Source of the DNA: an uncultured Acidobacteriota bacterium
Lineage (GTDB): Bacteria > Acidobacteriota > Terriglobia > UBA7540
DNA: 64,000 nt
Assembly: GCA_963804995.1 (NCBI GenBank)
Contig: CAWDSK010000003.1
Coordinates: 1,632,001-1,696,000, forward strand
Reading direction: 5' to 3'
A program made the translations under genes and the position numbers. Of the stretch, positions 18,720-29,661 are shown in pieces. Below the pieces are notes generated by a model. The model was not told the DNA's origin. It saw only the letters and a program-made list of their open reading frames with translations, and searched no databases. How positions within the stretch are numbered: position 1 is the first letter of the stretch; each line of letters begins with the position of its first letter.

Positions 18720-20201
18720 CTAATCCTTCGCCGGCTTTAACCCCAAACTCGCCCAGAGGCTATCGACTTTCTTTTTAACTTCCGGGTCCATGACGATTTC
18801 ATCCGGCCAGGGGCGGGTAAAACCTTCGGATGCCCACTTCCGTGTGGCGTCAATTCCCATCTTGGAGCCGAAGTTGGGCAGGCGCGAGGCGTGTTCGAGT
18901 TGGTCGACAGGCCCCAGCGTGAACTGAATATCGCGCTCGGGGTCGATATGGTTCAGGGCTTTCCAGGCGACCTCGCCCGAATCCTGCACATTCACATCGT
19001 GGTCCACCACCACAATACACTTGGTGAACATGGCGCCGGGCAAACCCCAGATGGCGTGCATCACCTTTCGAGCGTGACCTGGGTAGCTCTTACGAATTGC
19101 CACAATCAGCAGGTTATGGAACACGCCCTCGGCAGGCATATGCATGTCCACGACTTCCGGCATCTGTTTGCGCATCAGGGGCAGGAACAGGCGCTCAACA
19201 GCATAGCCCATCCAATAATCTTCCATGGGCGGACGGCCGACGACGGTGGAAACGTAGATGGGATCGCGCCGCCGGGTGATGCAGGTGACGTGAAACGCCG
19301 GGAATTTATCCTCGAGAGAATAGTACCCGGTATGATCGCCAAACGGCCCTTCGGTGCGAATGTCGTCGAGATCCACGTAGCCTTCCAGGACGATTTCGGC
19401 GTGGGCGGGAACCTCCAGGTCAACCGTCTCGCACTTTACCAACTCCACCGGCTGTTGGCGCAGGAAGCCGGCGAAGAGGAATTCGTCCAAGTCCTGGGGC
19501 AAGGGCAGGACGCCGGAAAGCATCGTGACCGGGTCCGCGCCGAGGGCAACCGCCACATCCATGCGTCGGCCCTTTCCCTGCCGCTCCAGCCAGCGGAAGT
19601 GTTCCGCGCCGCCCTTGTGAACCTGCCAGTGCATCCCGGTGGTGCGCTCGTCGAACACCTGCATACGGTAACAACCCACGTTGCGCCGGCCGTTTTTGGG
19701 GCTGCGCGTTACCACCATGGGAAACGTGATGAAGCGGCCCCCATCCTGCGGCCAGCACTTCATGATCGGCAGGCGCGCGAGCGAAAAGTTCTCCCGCTCG
19801 ATCACTTCCTTCACCGGGCCGCTGCGCACATTCTTGGGAAAGAATGAGCCGAGCTCGGAAAGCTTGGGGAGTAGCTTCACCTTATCCAGGAAGCCTGCCG
19901 GCGGCTTCATGTCCAGCAGGTCCTCGATGCGGCGCGCCACTTCTTCGAGCGAGCCGACTTCGAGCGCCAGCTCCAGCCGTCGCCGCGTCCCGAGCGTATT
20001 GATGAGTAGGGGCAGCGAATAGCCGACTCCTTCGCGCCCCGACCGGGGTTTTTCAAAGAGCAGCGCCGGCCCACCCGTCTTCGAAACGCGGTCAGTAATT
20101 TCGGTAATTTCGAGATCGACGTCCGCTTCGGCGGCGATACGCTTCAGCTCGCCCTCTTGTTCCAGGCGGGCAATAAATTCACGCAGGTCTTGGTAGGCCA
20201 C
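18720..20201 (-). CDS. UbiD-family decarboxylase (menaquinone biosynthesis-associated type)
   Basis: GGPALLFE, WPQDGGRFIT, NVGCYRMQ, EGPFGDHTGYY, GSKMGIDAT. Confidence 0.92.
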   Translation of the reverse strand: MAYQDLREFIARLEQEGELKRIAAEADVDLEITEITDRVSKTGGPALLFEKPRSGREGVGYSLPLLINTLGTRRRLELALEVGSLEEVARRIEDLLDMKPPAGFLDKVKLLPKLSELGSFFPKNVRSGPVKEVIERENFSLARLPIMKCWPQDGGRFITFPMVVTRSPKNGRRNVGCYRMQVFDERTTGMHWQVHKGGAEHFRWLERQGKGRRMDVAVALGADPVTMLSGVLPLPQDLDEFLFAGFLRQQPVELVKCETVDLEVPAHAEIVLEGYVDLDDIRTEGPFGDHTGYYSLEDKFPAFHVTCITRRRDPIYVSTVVGRPPMEDYWMGYAVERLFLPLMRKQMPEVVDMHMPAEGVFHNLLIVAIRKSYPGHARKVMHAIWGLPGAMFTKCIVVVDHDVNVQDSGEVAWKALNHIDPERDIQFTLGPVDQLEHASRLPNFGSKMGIDATRKWASEGFTRPWPDEIVMDPEVKKKVDSLWASLGLKPAKD

Positions 20202-20230
20202 GATGGGACCTCGGAAAAAGGGCTTTAGGA

Positions 20231-20410
20231 GCTATCAGCTGTCGCTGGAAGCTCTCAGCTGTCAGCATTCAGCTCTCGGCTGTCTGTTGTCCGTAGTCTG
20301 TGGTCCGTGGCGATGACCCTGTCCCTCAGTCGTTGAATCAATCTGCCACGGCTCAAACCATTTGGGGACCGAAACACCGCACTGCCACAGGCGACGGACA
20401 ACGGACAACT
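20231..20410. repeat. Degenerate heptamer tandem arrays (GCTnTCA / GTCCGTn) with inverted partner ACGGACA
   Basis: gctatca, gctctca, gctgtca, gcattca; gttgtccgt versus acggacaacggacaac. Confidence 0.6.
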
Positions 20411-20593
20411 TCCTTTGCAGCATTACAGATTGGCCCGTTCAAATCAAGCCTAGTCCATTCTTGTGCTTGACTTTGACCCTTCTGGGCCGGAAACTAAGTT
20501 GAGGACCCGGCAAGCATCGAGTCAGATTTCGAGCGCTTCCCGCGTGTCGCGAGATGAAAGGTGTCGGGACTCGGTTAGAACGAGACTAGGCAT

Positions 20594-22372
20594 ATGGTAC
20601 GCACGCCTACCATCGTAGGTCGACCGGGATTCCGTTTGTCCTCCCGGCTGCTGGCCATCCTCATGGCAGCCGTCGCGGCTGTAATTCCCTACCCCGCCAA
20701 CGCGCAAACCGAAACTGCCAAGGAAATTTCCACGCGGGACGTGGAACCCACCTTCAAGCTCCAGGTGGAGCGCAACCTCGTAGTGGTTCGCGTGGTGGTG
20801 CGGAACAAGAACGGCGAGACAGTTGACAATCTTCACAAAGAAGACTTTCAGCTTTTCGATCACGGCAAGCTTCAGGCCATCTCGCACTTTTCGGTGGAAA
20901 AAACCACCCTGAAGGCCGCGGTGAAAACTCCCGAAAAGAAACCTGCTGCCGCCGAAGAGGAACCTACGGACGAAAGCGCGATTTCACCCTCCGCCGCCCG
21001 GCGATTCCTGGGCATTTATTTCGACGATGTAAGCACCTCTTACGAAGACTTGATCCGCACCCGTGACGCGACGAACCATTATCTATCAACTTCCCTCCAA
21101 GCCGGTGACCGCGTCGGACTGTTTACTGCTTCGGGCCAGAACCAGGTTGACTTCACGGATGACGTTGCCAAAGTGCACCAAGCGCTCCTCAACCTGCGTC
21201 CGCGTCCGGTAATCGGGCAGGACACCTCTTGTGGAGCCATCCCGCCTTACGAGGCGTTCCTCATTTTTACTCAACACGACCCCCAGGCGCTCGATGTGGC
21301 CACCAACGAGATCTTGAATTGCCGTTACAACGGTGACACCACGCGCCTCCAACAAGCGCAAAACGATGCGGAGGCTGAGGCGACCCACGCCGCCAGCTTA
21401 AACGAGACCGAGGCGCGCGCCTCCCTGCGGGGAATTGAGTTGCTGGTGCGCTCCATGGCGGCCCTTCCCGGCCAGCGCAGTGTGGTAATCGTTTCCGCGG
21501 GGTTTTTAACCGAGAATCTCCACTTCGAACTCGACACGATCGTCGACCGCGCCCTGCGTTCCAATGTCATCGTCAGCGCCCTGGACGCCCGCGGGCTGTA
21601 CACCGACGCCACCCTGGACCCCAGCGTGCGTAGCATCGCCAATTCGTCGCGCGCCGACGTTGCGGGAAAGAAGAGCCAGTACTTGATCGATAGCGCCCGC
21701 CGGCAATCGGACGGCATAAAAACCATCGCCCTCGACACTGGCGGCATCTTCTTCAGCAACAGCAACGACCTCGAAGGTGGTTTCCGCCAGGCGGCCGCGC
21801 TCCCCCAGGCCTATTACGTACTGGCTTTCTCCCCCCAGAACCTGAAACTCGATGGGGCCTTCCATCCCATCCGGCTCAAGCTGGTCCCCCAATTGGATTA
21901 CAACTTACAGGCCCGGCGCGGCTATTATGCTCCCCGAAAGCCTGAGGACCCGACCGTGCAAGAGAAGGAAGAGATTGAGGAGGCCCTCTTCTCTCAGGAC
22001 GAGACGCATGAGCTGCCCATGGAAGTTCACACCCAATTCTTCATGAAGACCGAAACCGACGCGCAACTTGCCGTTCTTACGCGTCTGGATTTACGCCAGT
22101 TGCACTTCCGCAAGCAAGAGGATCGCAATCTTGACAACCTGACCTTCGTGACCGCTGTGTTTGATCGCGATGGCCACCTGGTGAGCGGCCAGGAGAAGCT
22201 CCTTACGCTCAAGCTGCGGGACGATAGCCTGGCCCGATATCTACAGACCGGCATCACCCTGAAATTAAACTTTGACGTCAAACCGGGCACGTACCTGGTG
22301 CGCGCCGTAGTGCGCGATTCCGAAAGCGGCCAAATCTCGGGATTGAACCGCACCGTCGAAATTCCTTATTAG
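20594..22372 (+). CDS. Exported VWA-domain protein (Acidobacterial VWFA-related type)
   Basis: Signal peptide, NLVVVRVVVR, DFQLFDHGK.Q.I, LDARGL, TGG, YYVLAFSP, ARRGYYA. Confidence 0.9.
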   Translation: MVRTPTIVGRPGFRLSSRLLAILMAAVAAVIPYPANAQTETAKEISTRDVEPTFKLQVERNLVVVRVVVRNKNGETVDNLHKEDFQLFDHGKLQAISHFSVEKTTLKAAVKTPEKKPAAAEEEPTDESAISPSAARRFLGIYFDDVSTSYEDLIRTRDATNHYLSTSLQAGDRVGLFTASGQNQVDFTDDVAKVHQALLNLRPRPVIGQDTSCGAIPPYEAFLIFTQHDPQALDVATNEILNCRYNGDTTRLQQAQNDAEAEATHAASLNETEARASLRGIELLVRSMAALPGQRSVVIVSAGFLTENLHFELDTIVDRALRSNVIVSALDARGLYTDATLDPSVRSIANSSRADVAGKKSQYLIDSARRQSDGIKTIALDTGGIFFSNSNDLEGGFRQAAALPQAYYVLAFSPQNLKLDGAFHPIRLKLVPQLDYNLQARRGYYAPRKPEDPTVQEKEEIEEALFSQDETHELPMEVHTQFFMKTETDAQLAVLTRLDLRQLHFRKQEDRNLDNLTFVTAVFDRDGHLVSGQEKLLTLKLRDDSLARYLQTGITLKLNFDVKPGTYLVRAVVRDSESGQISGLNRTVEIPY

Positions 22373-22383
22373 GAGAGGGGCCC

Positions 22384-24821
22384 ATGTCTCGATACCGTTT
22401 GATTCTGGCTCTGGGTTTATTTGCTACCTTAGGCTGGCTAGGCTGGGAGTCTCGGTTGGCCCCTGCCGCCGCGCAGGGATCTTCCCCGCAGGCCGTGGCC
22501 AACCCGTCGACGGTGATCAAGACGGAATCCAACCTGGTTCTGGTCGATGTGATCGTGACCGACAAGAAGGGCAACTACATCCACGACATGGACCAGAAGG
22601 AATTCCACGTCTTTGAAGACGACCGGGAACAAACGGTTACCAGCTTTTCGCGCGCCAGTGACATCCAGCCCAATGCTCCCCAACAAAAACGCTATATGGT
22701 CCTGTACTTTGACGACTCCACCATGCTGCCCAGCGATCAGATGCGGGCCCGTGACGCCGCGGCGAAATTCGTGGAGAGCACGGCTGCCCCGAATTGTCTG
22801 GTAGCCGTGGCGGAATTTAGTACAGACCTGCGCGTGACTCAGAACTTCACGGCGGACGGAGATCGCTTGAAGCGGGCCGTGAGCAGCGTCCGGGTGGGAG
22901 GAATGAATCCCAATGTGCCCGGCCAGACAGTGGAACTCGCCGCCTTGGGCGCACCGTCTCTGGGCGTAACCAGGTCTGACTTCGCCGCGCGCAGCATGCT
23001 GCTGTCAATTCGCGAGATGGCAAAGTCGCTTCGCACCGTTCCAGGCCGCAAGACGTTGATTCTCTTTTCCAGCGGGTTTGCCCTCACGGCGGAGCGCCAG
23101 GCTGAACTGACGGCCACCATTGACGCACTGAACAAGGCCAACATCGCCGTCTATCCCGTGGACGTGCGGGGCCTCGCCGTCTCCCCCAACCCGGGGATGG
23201 ATGTCACCCGTCCTGGAGGCAGCCTTCCGGGATTCCCTCCCGGAGCCCTCCTGCGGGAAATGGATTCACCTTTCGCTCACCTGCCGGGTCTTCTGGCGGC
23301 GTTGACCATGCCGGCTGATCCCGATCCACAACACGGTGGAGCAGGCGGTGGTGGCGTGGGCGGTGGTGGCGTAGGGGGCGGCGGCGCGGGTGGAGCAGGC
23401 GGGGCGGGGGCAGGAGCAGGAGCGGGCGGAGCGGGCCGGGGAGGCGCAGGTGCGGGTGGCAGTCCCGGTGCGGGGGGCAACGCCGGAGCCGGCCGTGGGG
23501 GTGGCAATACCGGCGCGACGGGAAACCCTGGCGCCGGCCGTGGGGGCGGCAATCCCAATAACAATCCTAACAATCCCAACAACCCTTACAGTAACAACCC
23601 CAGCCTGAATCCCAACCTCTGTAACGGTCCCATGGCTTACCAATATCCTAGCTGTGGCACTCGAGTGGGATTATTCCCACCATGCCGGATACCGTCGCCA
23701 CCAACCAGCAGGTCCTTTATGCGCTGGCTTCGGGCACCGGCGGATTTACCATTTTCAACACCAACGATTTCCTGGAAGGTCTGCGGAAGGTCGCGAAAGA
23801 GATGAATGAGTACTACGTGCTGGGCTATGTCCCGCCCGATCAGGCGCACGATGGCGGCTTTCACAAAATCAAAGTGAAGGTTGACCGCCAGGGCGTGGAA
23901 GTGCGTTCACGCAGCGGCTACTTCGACGTGAAAAGTCCTGACTTGCTGGCGGGAAAGCCGGAAGGCAAGGCGCTGGAGGATCGGGTTGCCGCCCCCGCGC
24001 AGCCGGGTGACATTCCAGTCTCGCTCACGGCGCCTTATTTCTACGCCAGCCCGGGTGTCGCCCGCGTGAATTTGTCCCTCTCCATTCCCGCATCCGCCAT
24101 CGACTTTGAGAAGGAGAAATCAAACGTCCATTCGCAGGTGAATGTTCTGGGAATCGCCTATCGCGAGAACGGCTCCGTGGCGGCGCGCTTCAGCGACATG
24201 GTAAAGCTGGAATTCGAAAAAAAGGAGCTGAAGGAATTCTCCAAAACCGCCTTCGATTACCAGAACAGCTTCAACATCGCGCCGGGAAAGTACACGCTGA
24301 AGCTTGTGCTGAGCGCCGGTGGCCAGAAATTCGGCAAATATGAAATGCCTCTCGTGGTGGACCCGTTTACCGGCAAGGAGTTGATGGTGGGTGGACCCGC
24401 GCTGAGCAGCAAGGTCATCCCTGTCTCCCAGCTCACCGTCAATATGGATGAAGCTCTGCTCGAAGAACGCACGCCCCTGGTGTTTGGCGGCATGCAGGTC
24501 ATTCCCTCCCCCAACAACCGGTTTGAAAAAAGCGCGCAGCCGGTTTGCTATGTGGAAGTGTTCGAACCTCTGTTGCCACACGACGTGCCGCGAGTGGGGA
24601 TCCTGTTCGACATCGTGAACCGGAAAACCAACCAGCAGGTCTTCAACTCCAACACGATCCTGATCAACGATTTTATACGGCCGGGTAATCCCGTGGTCCC
24701 CGCGGGCTTCAAATTGCCCATCGACCAACTCCAGGCAGGCGATTACCGGCTGGAAGTCCGAGGGCGCGATTCGGCCGGTAACGCTTCCACCGTGCGCACC
24801 GCGGATTTTTCAGTTGAGTAA
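22384..24821 (+). CDS. Second exported VWA-domain protein with a Gly/Asn-rich insertion; frameshifted (one base missing near 23665)
   Basis: NLVLVDVIVTDKKG, PGRKTLILFSSG, YPVDVRGL in the first frame; LASGTGG, YYVLGYVP, RSRSGY in the ORF starting 23682. Confidence 0.85.
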
Positions 24822-24826
24822 GCCGC

Positions 24827-25969
24827 GTGCCACGAAAGATTCCAACCCCACCCCGAGGCCGGAGGCGAAATCCTCCGGCCTCTCCTCATGCCAGGATTCG
24901 TCGCGCGCTGCTGGCTTGGTTTCGTGCCCACCGGCGTGCACTCCCCTGGCGTGAGACTCGCAACCCCTACGCCATTTGGGTCTCGGAGGTCATGCTCCAG
25001 CAGACCCAGATTGCGACTGTCATCCCTTACTACCAGCACTTTCTTGAAGCCTTTCCCACGGTGGCAGATCTTGCCCAGGCGACCCTGGAGCGCGTGCTGG
25101 AATTGTGGTCGGGCCTGGGCTACTACCGCCGCGCCCGCCACCTGCACCAGGCTGCGCAGGCTGTCATGGTGCATTTCGCGGGGCGATTTCCGCAGGACTA
25201 CGCGAGCCTCCGCACCCTGCCCGGTATCGGCGATTACACCGCCAAGGCCGTCTTGAGTATCGGCTTCAATCAACCCTACGCCGTGCTGGATGGAAACGTG
25301 GCCCGCGTGGTGGCCCGCCTGTTTGCTCTGCGTGGCAATTTGCACCAGCCGAAGTTCCGGCGCCGGGTCGAAAAAGAACTGGCGGCGCTGCTCGCACCCC
25401 GCTCGCCAGGCGATTTCAATGAGGCGCTGATGGAACTGGGACAAACTCTTTGTTTGCCCCACGGCGCCCTATGCGGCTCTTGTCCCACCAGAAAATGGTG
25501 TCAGGGCCTCCGCTCCGCCGATCCGGAAAACTTTCCCGTTCCCCGGCCTCGCCGCGCTGCCGAAACGCGTTACCTTGCGGCTGCTCTCCTGCAACAGGGA
25601 AAGCGCGTGGGCATGTTGCGGGGATTGGATGAGGGGTTACTCGGTGACCTGTGGAATTTTCCCGCGGCTTTTGGCAGTACCCCCGCGGAAGCCTTGGAAT
25701 CTTTGCGGAAAAAGCTTGCTGGACTAATACGCGCCCCCTTCGCAGCCGTCGCGGCACGCCATGGTGTGCCCCTACTCACCGTGGGAGAGCCCGTGGCGGA
25801 ATTTCGCCACGGCATTACCTATCGTGCTATTCAGGCGCAGATTTATCCAGTCACCACCAACGGCAAATTCGCGCGAGGCGGGGTTCATTGGTTCGAACTC
25901 ACGCGCCTGCCAAATGCCGCCATCTCCCAAGTGGCCCGCAAGATCCTGCATAAGGTTTCTCACGAATAA
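24827..25969 (+). CDS. mutY: A/G-specific adenine glycosylase
   Basis: LPWR, WVSEVMLQQT, WSGLGYYRRA, LPGIGDYTA, DGNVARV, C-x6-C-x2-C-x5-C Fe-S motif. Confidence 0.95.
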   Translation: MPRKIPTPPRGRRRNPPASPHARIRRALLAWFRAHRRALPWRETRNPYAIWVSEVMLQQTQIATVIPYYQHFLEAFPTVADLAQATLERVLELWSGLGYYRRARHLHQAAQAVMVHFAGRFPQDYASLRTLPGIGDYTAKAVLSIGFNQPYAVLDGNVARVVARLFALRGNLHQPKFRRRVEKELAALLAPRSPGDFNEALMELGQTLCLPHGALCGSCPTRKWCQGLRSADPENFPVPRPRRAAETRYLAAALLQQGKRVGMLRGLDEGLLGDLWNFPAAFGSTPAEALESLRKKLAGLIRAPFAAVAARHGVPLLTVGEPVAEFRHGITYRAIQAQIYPVTTNGKFARGGVHWFELTRLPNAAISQVARKILHKVSHE

Positions 25970-26033
25970 GGGGAAGGGCGGTGCTTATGGTTTTTGAATT
26001 CCTAGAATCCTCGAACGCCCTGAACCCCCAGGT

Positions 26034-26103
26034 GACCCCTCACCCGTCCCGCCCCGGCTGATGAAAACGCCGGCTGCGGTCCACCCTCTCCCCTCGGAGA
26101 GGG
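26034..26103 (-). repeat. REP-like element (CCCTCTCC/GGAGAGGG family)
   Basis: Reverse complement of the 62442-62516 type. Confidence 0.8.
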
Positions 26104-26228
26104 CGGTTATTCATGGTGGAGTGTTCCATCGGCATACGCAGAGAATGGGTCTCCAATTCGGCCAGCGGGCGCTTCGATATAACCTTCCCGTGGCCGGAAC
26201 TACCCTGAGATCATAGCCTTCTCCCCAG

Positions 26229-27933
26229 GAGCTTGTGACTTTTTTGGTCACCAGTAAGGGGGGATGGGTGGGGGGAGGAGGCAGAAAATCGGGAGCGGAG
26301 GTACGGAGAGAGAAAAAAGCTGGCGGTTGGGTCGGTACTTGTATTAATATAAATGTTATGGACAACGTTTTACATTCAGATGATTTTAAATTAGGAATGG
26401 AACCGGCGGTAGGTCAGGAAGCGGAAGGAAAGGAAGAGAAGGGCGCGAAGGGGGCAGCAGAGCGGCGCGGGGCGGTGCGTTTGCGCCGGCCGGAGCGCCA
26501 GCAGATGGCCTGGGTGGCGCAATGTCCGGACGATCTGGTGGGGCCGGGGCACGGGGTGCGGCGGGTGGCGGCGGTGGTGGAGCGCTTGGACTTAGCGGCG
26601 TTCCGCCTGCCGATCAAGGCGCGGGAAGGAGGGGCTGGACGGGACGCGACCGATCCCCAGCTTTTAGTGTCGCTGTGGTTATACGCCTGTGTGCGGGGCA
26701 TCGGTGCGGCGCGCGAACTGGCGCGGCAGTGCCAGGAGCATGCGGCCTTTCGCTGGCTGTGCGGAGGGGTGACGGTGAACCACCGTTTGCTGTCGGACTT
26801 TCGCACCGATCACGCCGAGGCCTTGGACACCCTGTTCACGCAAGTGATCGCTGCTCTGGTGGATAAAGGAGTGGTGAAGGTCAGCCGCATCAGCCAGGAC
26901 GGAATGCGGGTGCGGGTGGGGGCGGGGAAGAAGAGTTTTCGGCGGGAAAGGCGGCTGGAGGAACTGCTGGGGGAAGCGGAACGGCACGTGGCGGAGTTGA
27001 GACGGCAACTGGAGTCGCCGGAAGGAGCGGGGCTGAGCGCGCGGCAAGCGGCGGCGCGGAAGCGGGCGGCGCAGGAGCGGCAGAAACGCCTGCAGGAGGC
27101 GATTGCGCAACTGCCGGAGCTGCAACGCCGGCACACCGCAAGGGTAAAGCGGACGGGGGGAAAACGGGGCCAGGAGATTGCGGCGCAGCCTCCGCGGGTG
27201 AGCACGACGGATGCGGAAGCGCGCATCATGAAGATGCCCAACGGGGGCTACGACCCGGCGGTGAATGTGCAGTTGGCGGCGGACCCGGAGAGCCGCGCCA
27301 TTGTGGGGGTGGAGGTGAGCGCGGAAGGTTCGGACTCGGGAGGACTGAGCGCGCCGCTGCGGGAACAGGTGGAACAGCGCACGGGCGGGAAGGTGGAAGA
27401 GCACTTGTTGGACGGCGGGTACCTGCGCAAGGAAGACTTGGAAGCGGCACACGCGCAGGGCGTGGCGCTGTTCATCCCGCCGCACACGGCGCAAAATCGT
27501 CAGAAGCGGGGGAAGGAACTGGAGCCCCAGAAGGGCGACAGCGAGGCCGTACGAGAGTGGAAGCAACGCATGAAAAGTGAGGAGGGAAAGAAAATCTATC
27601 AGCAGAGAGCGGCGACGAGTGAAACCGTCAACGCCGACTTGCGCACCTATCGCGGTTTGGGCCGCATCCTGGTGCGCGGGCTGGCCAAGGCACGCTGCGT
27701 GGCACTGTGGTGCGCCCTGGCTTACAACGTGATGCACTTCGCGCCCCTGTTGCTGGGCTAACCAAGCCCTGCCCAGCCGTACCGGGCACGGGTGTAGGGC
27801 GGATTCCCCCGGTACTCCTTGCCGCGCGGCACCGCTCCACCGGCCAAGGGGAGCCCTCTCGCGCACTTCCCAAGCTGCCCACTACCTGACCCGCCCCACC
27901 GCGTAACGGTGGCTTCGAAAAAGTCACAAGCTC
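26229..27933 (+). mobile_element. IS1182-family insertion sequence, ~1.7 kb
   Basis: Terminal inverted repeats GAGCTTGTGACTTTTT / AAAAAGTCACAAGCTC; flanked by CAG (or CCAGG) duplication. Confidence 0.9.
26358..27761 (+). CDS. IS1182-family transposase (start approximate)
   Basis: GRDATDPQLLVSLWLYA, FRWLCGG, LSDFR, DGMRV, STTDAEARIMK, DGGY, YQQR...ETVNA, LAYN. Confidence 0.92.
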   Translation: MDNVLHSDDFKLGMEPAVGQEAEGKEEKGAKGAAERRGAVRLRRPERQQMAWVAQCPDDLVGPGHGVRRVAAVVERLDLAAFRLPIKAREGGAGRDATDPQLLVSLWLYACVRGIGAARELARQCQEHAAFRWLCGGVTVNHRLLSDFRTDHAEALDTLFTQVIAALVDKGVVKVSRISQDGMRVRVGAGKKSFRRERRLEELLGEAERHVAELRRQLESPEGAGLSARQAAARKRAAQERQKRLQEAIAQLPELQRRHTARVKRTGGKRGQEIAAQPPRVSTTDAEARIMKMPNGGYDPAVNVQLAADPESRAIVGVEVSAEGSDSGGLSAPLREQVEQRTGGKVEEHLLDGGYLRKEDLEAAHAQGVALFIPPHTAQNRQKRGKELEPQKGDSEAVREWKQRMKSEEGKKIYQQRAATSETVNADLRTYRGLGRILVRGLAKARCVALWCALAYNVMHFAPLLLG

Positions 27934-28075
27934 CAGGGGAGAAGGTGGCTGACGTAGGAGGCCGGATGAGGGGTTACTTACACACGCAGGGCGTCGGAAC
28001 AAGCCAAGTTTTTGATCCTGTGACGGCGCCCAGAAGGTCGCCGGTACAAAAAGCAGCCGCAACCCAAGAATCAGC

Positions 28076-29200
28076 CTACAACTTCAGCGTATAATCCCGG
28101 TAGGCCGGCCAGCCTTCAATCGAAGTGGCAGCCTTGATGGCGCGGACGATGGCCTCTGCAGCCACCTCACCCGCCAGGGCCCCGACCGTCGAGATCGGAA
28201 CCTCCGCCTTCAGCTTGTTTGTCGAGAGAGCGTAAAGCTGGTCGCCATCTCCCGTGGTGTGATAGGGCACAATGGCCCGCGCCGCCCCGCAATTGGCCAT
28301 CATGGCGATCTTGGTCATCTCCGTTTTGTTAAAGCTAACGTTGGTCGCCACCACCACCAGATTCGTACTGTTAAAGGGCGGATCGTTTAGGGCCAGCGAC
28401 GCCTGGGGTTTACCCGCGGCGAGTTCCGATTTCATGATCTCCATGGTATTCGCGAAACCTTTTCCATCCGGGCGGCGCGCTCCGGCGATGATCTTCCCGG
28501 TGCGCCAGTCCAGGATATCTCCTACCGCATTGATTACCACCAGCGCCGCAATGACCACTTCTCCCAAGCGCAGGCTCGCAGTGCCCAGCCCACCCTTCAT
28601 TCCGTGGTAGGCGCGGAGCATCTTCCCGACCGTGGCTCCAGCGCCTGCGCCCACGTTACCCTCCGCCACAGGACCCGTGGACGCTGCCTGGCACGCTTTG
28701 TAGGCGGCCTCGGGATCGGGCCGGATTCTTGCATCACCGATACCCACATCTGAAATCACCGCGCCCACCACTATGGGAATAGTCACGGGCATGTCCGGCG
28801 GCCCCCAACGGAACCCGATGTTGCGATCTTGCAGGTATTGGACGGCGCCCGCCACGGCTGCCAAGGCCGGCACTCCGCCGCCCGTCAGCAGCAATCCATG
28901 GATCGTCTGCACGGAGCTTGCGGGCTGAAGCATGACGGCCATCTGCTCACCGGGGGCGGAGCCGTCCCAATCCACCGCCGCCGTCGCCTCAGGGTCAAAA
29001 AGAATCGCCGTGCAACCCGTGGGACGGCGCGTGTCGGTCCAGTGCCCCACCTTGATCCCAGGGACATCCGTAAGTCCGCCCCCACCCGCTGCATCGGCGT
29101 TAACATCGGGCGCAACGGCCTTCGCCAATCCAGGGAGAAAACTGATACCGCTCGATACCGCCAGGGTTTTGCTGAATTGCCTTCGACTGAGTTTTGACAC
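28076..29200 (-). CDS. Tat-exported P1/S58 (DmpA/OAT-like) peptidase family protein
   Basis: SRRQF Tat motif, LTDVPGIKVGH, EGNVGAGAGATVGK, KGGLGTAS, NAVGD, HTTGDGD. Confidence 0.88.
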   Translation of the reverse strand: MSKLSRRQFSKTLAVSSGISFLPGLAKAVAPDVNADAAGGGGLTDVPGIKVGHWTDTRRPTGCTAILFDPEATAAVDWDGSAPGEQMAVMLQPASSVQTIHGLLLTGGGVPALAAVAGAVQYLQDRNIGFRWGPPDMPVTIPIVVGAVISDVGIGDARIRPDPEAAYKACQAASTGPVAEGNVGAGAGATVGKMLRAYHGMKGGLGTASLRLGEVVIAALVVINAVGDILDWRTGKIIAGARRPDGKGFANTMEIMKSELAAGKPQASLALNDPPFNSTNLVVVATNVSFNKTEMTKIAMMANCGAARAIVPYHTTGDGDQLYALSTNKLKAEVPISTVGALAGEVAAEAIVRAIKAATSIEGWPAYRDYTLKL

Positions 29201-29322
29201 GGCGCCTCACCTCCCAATCTAAATTCGTAGAAATCGCTGCGTGCTGCGACCAAGACTAAGTCGGATTGCGGTGCGGGTCAATCGTAGGATGCAGCGTAAC
29301 GTCCGGCGAGCCGGGGAAAGAA

Positions 29323-29399
29323 TCACCGCAGAGGCGCGGAGGAGCGGAGATATTAAAACCAACGGCCATTTTCTCTGCGCCTCTGCGCCTCTGCGGTGA
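29323..29399. repeat. REP-like inverted repeat TCACCGCAGAGGCGC...CTCTGCGGTGA
   Basis: Long imperfect palindrome with internal CTCTGCG repeats. Confidence 0.7.
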
Positions 29400-29661
29400 A
29401 CTTGGCAATTCCTTCGCAAAGACCTGCTGCCCCCGCTGCAAATTTGCGCGCAAGAACCATTTCGGATAATTTGTCTCTCTTACTTTAGGATTTGGGCCAC
29501 CGGCAGACCAGTGCACATATTTTACTTTCAATAACACCTACTTAAAATGTTACTATTAATATTAAGTACCCGACGCCGGGGACGCTGTGTTAAGGGCTGG
29601 GGACTGGTGAGAAGCGGTAGTCAGTAAGCAGTAGGCGGAAGGCAGCGAATGAAGAGGACGT

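Noticed and set aside
26679..27866. 395-aa antisense ORF in IS1182, and similar long shadow ORFs opposite ispG, the porin, ubiD and the M48 protease
   Set aside because: Expected in GC-rich coding DNA; no family motifs.
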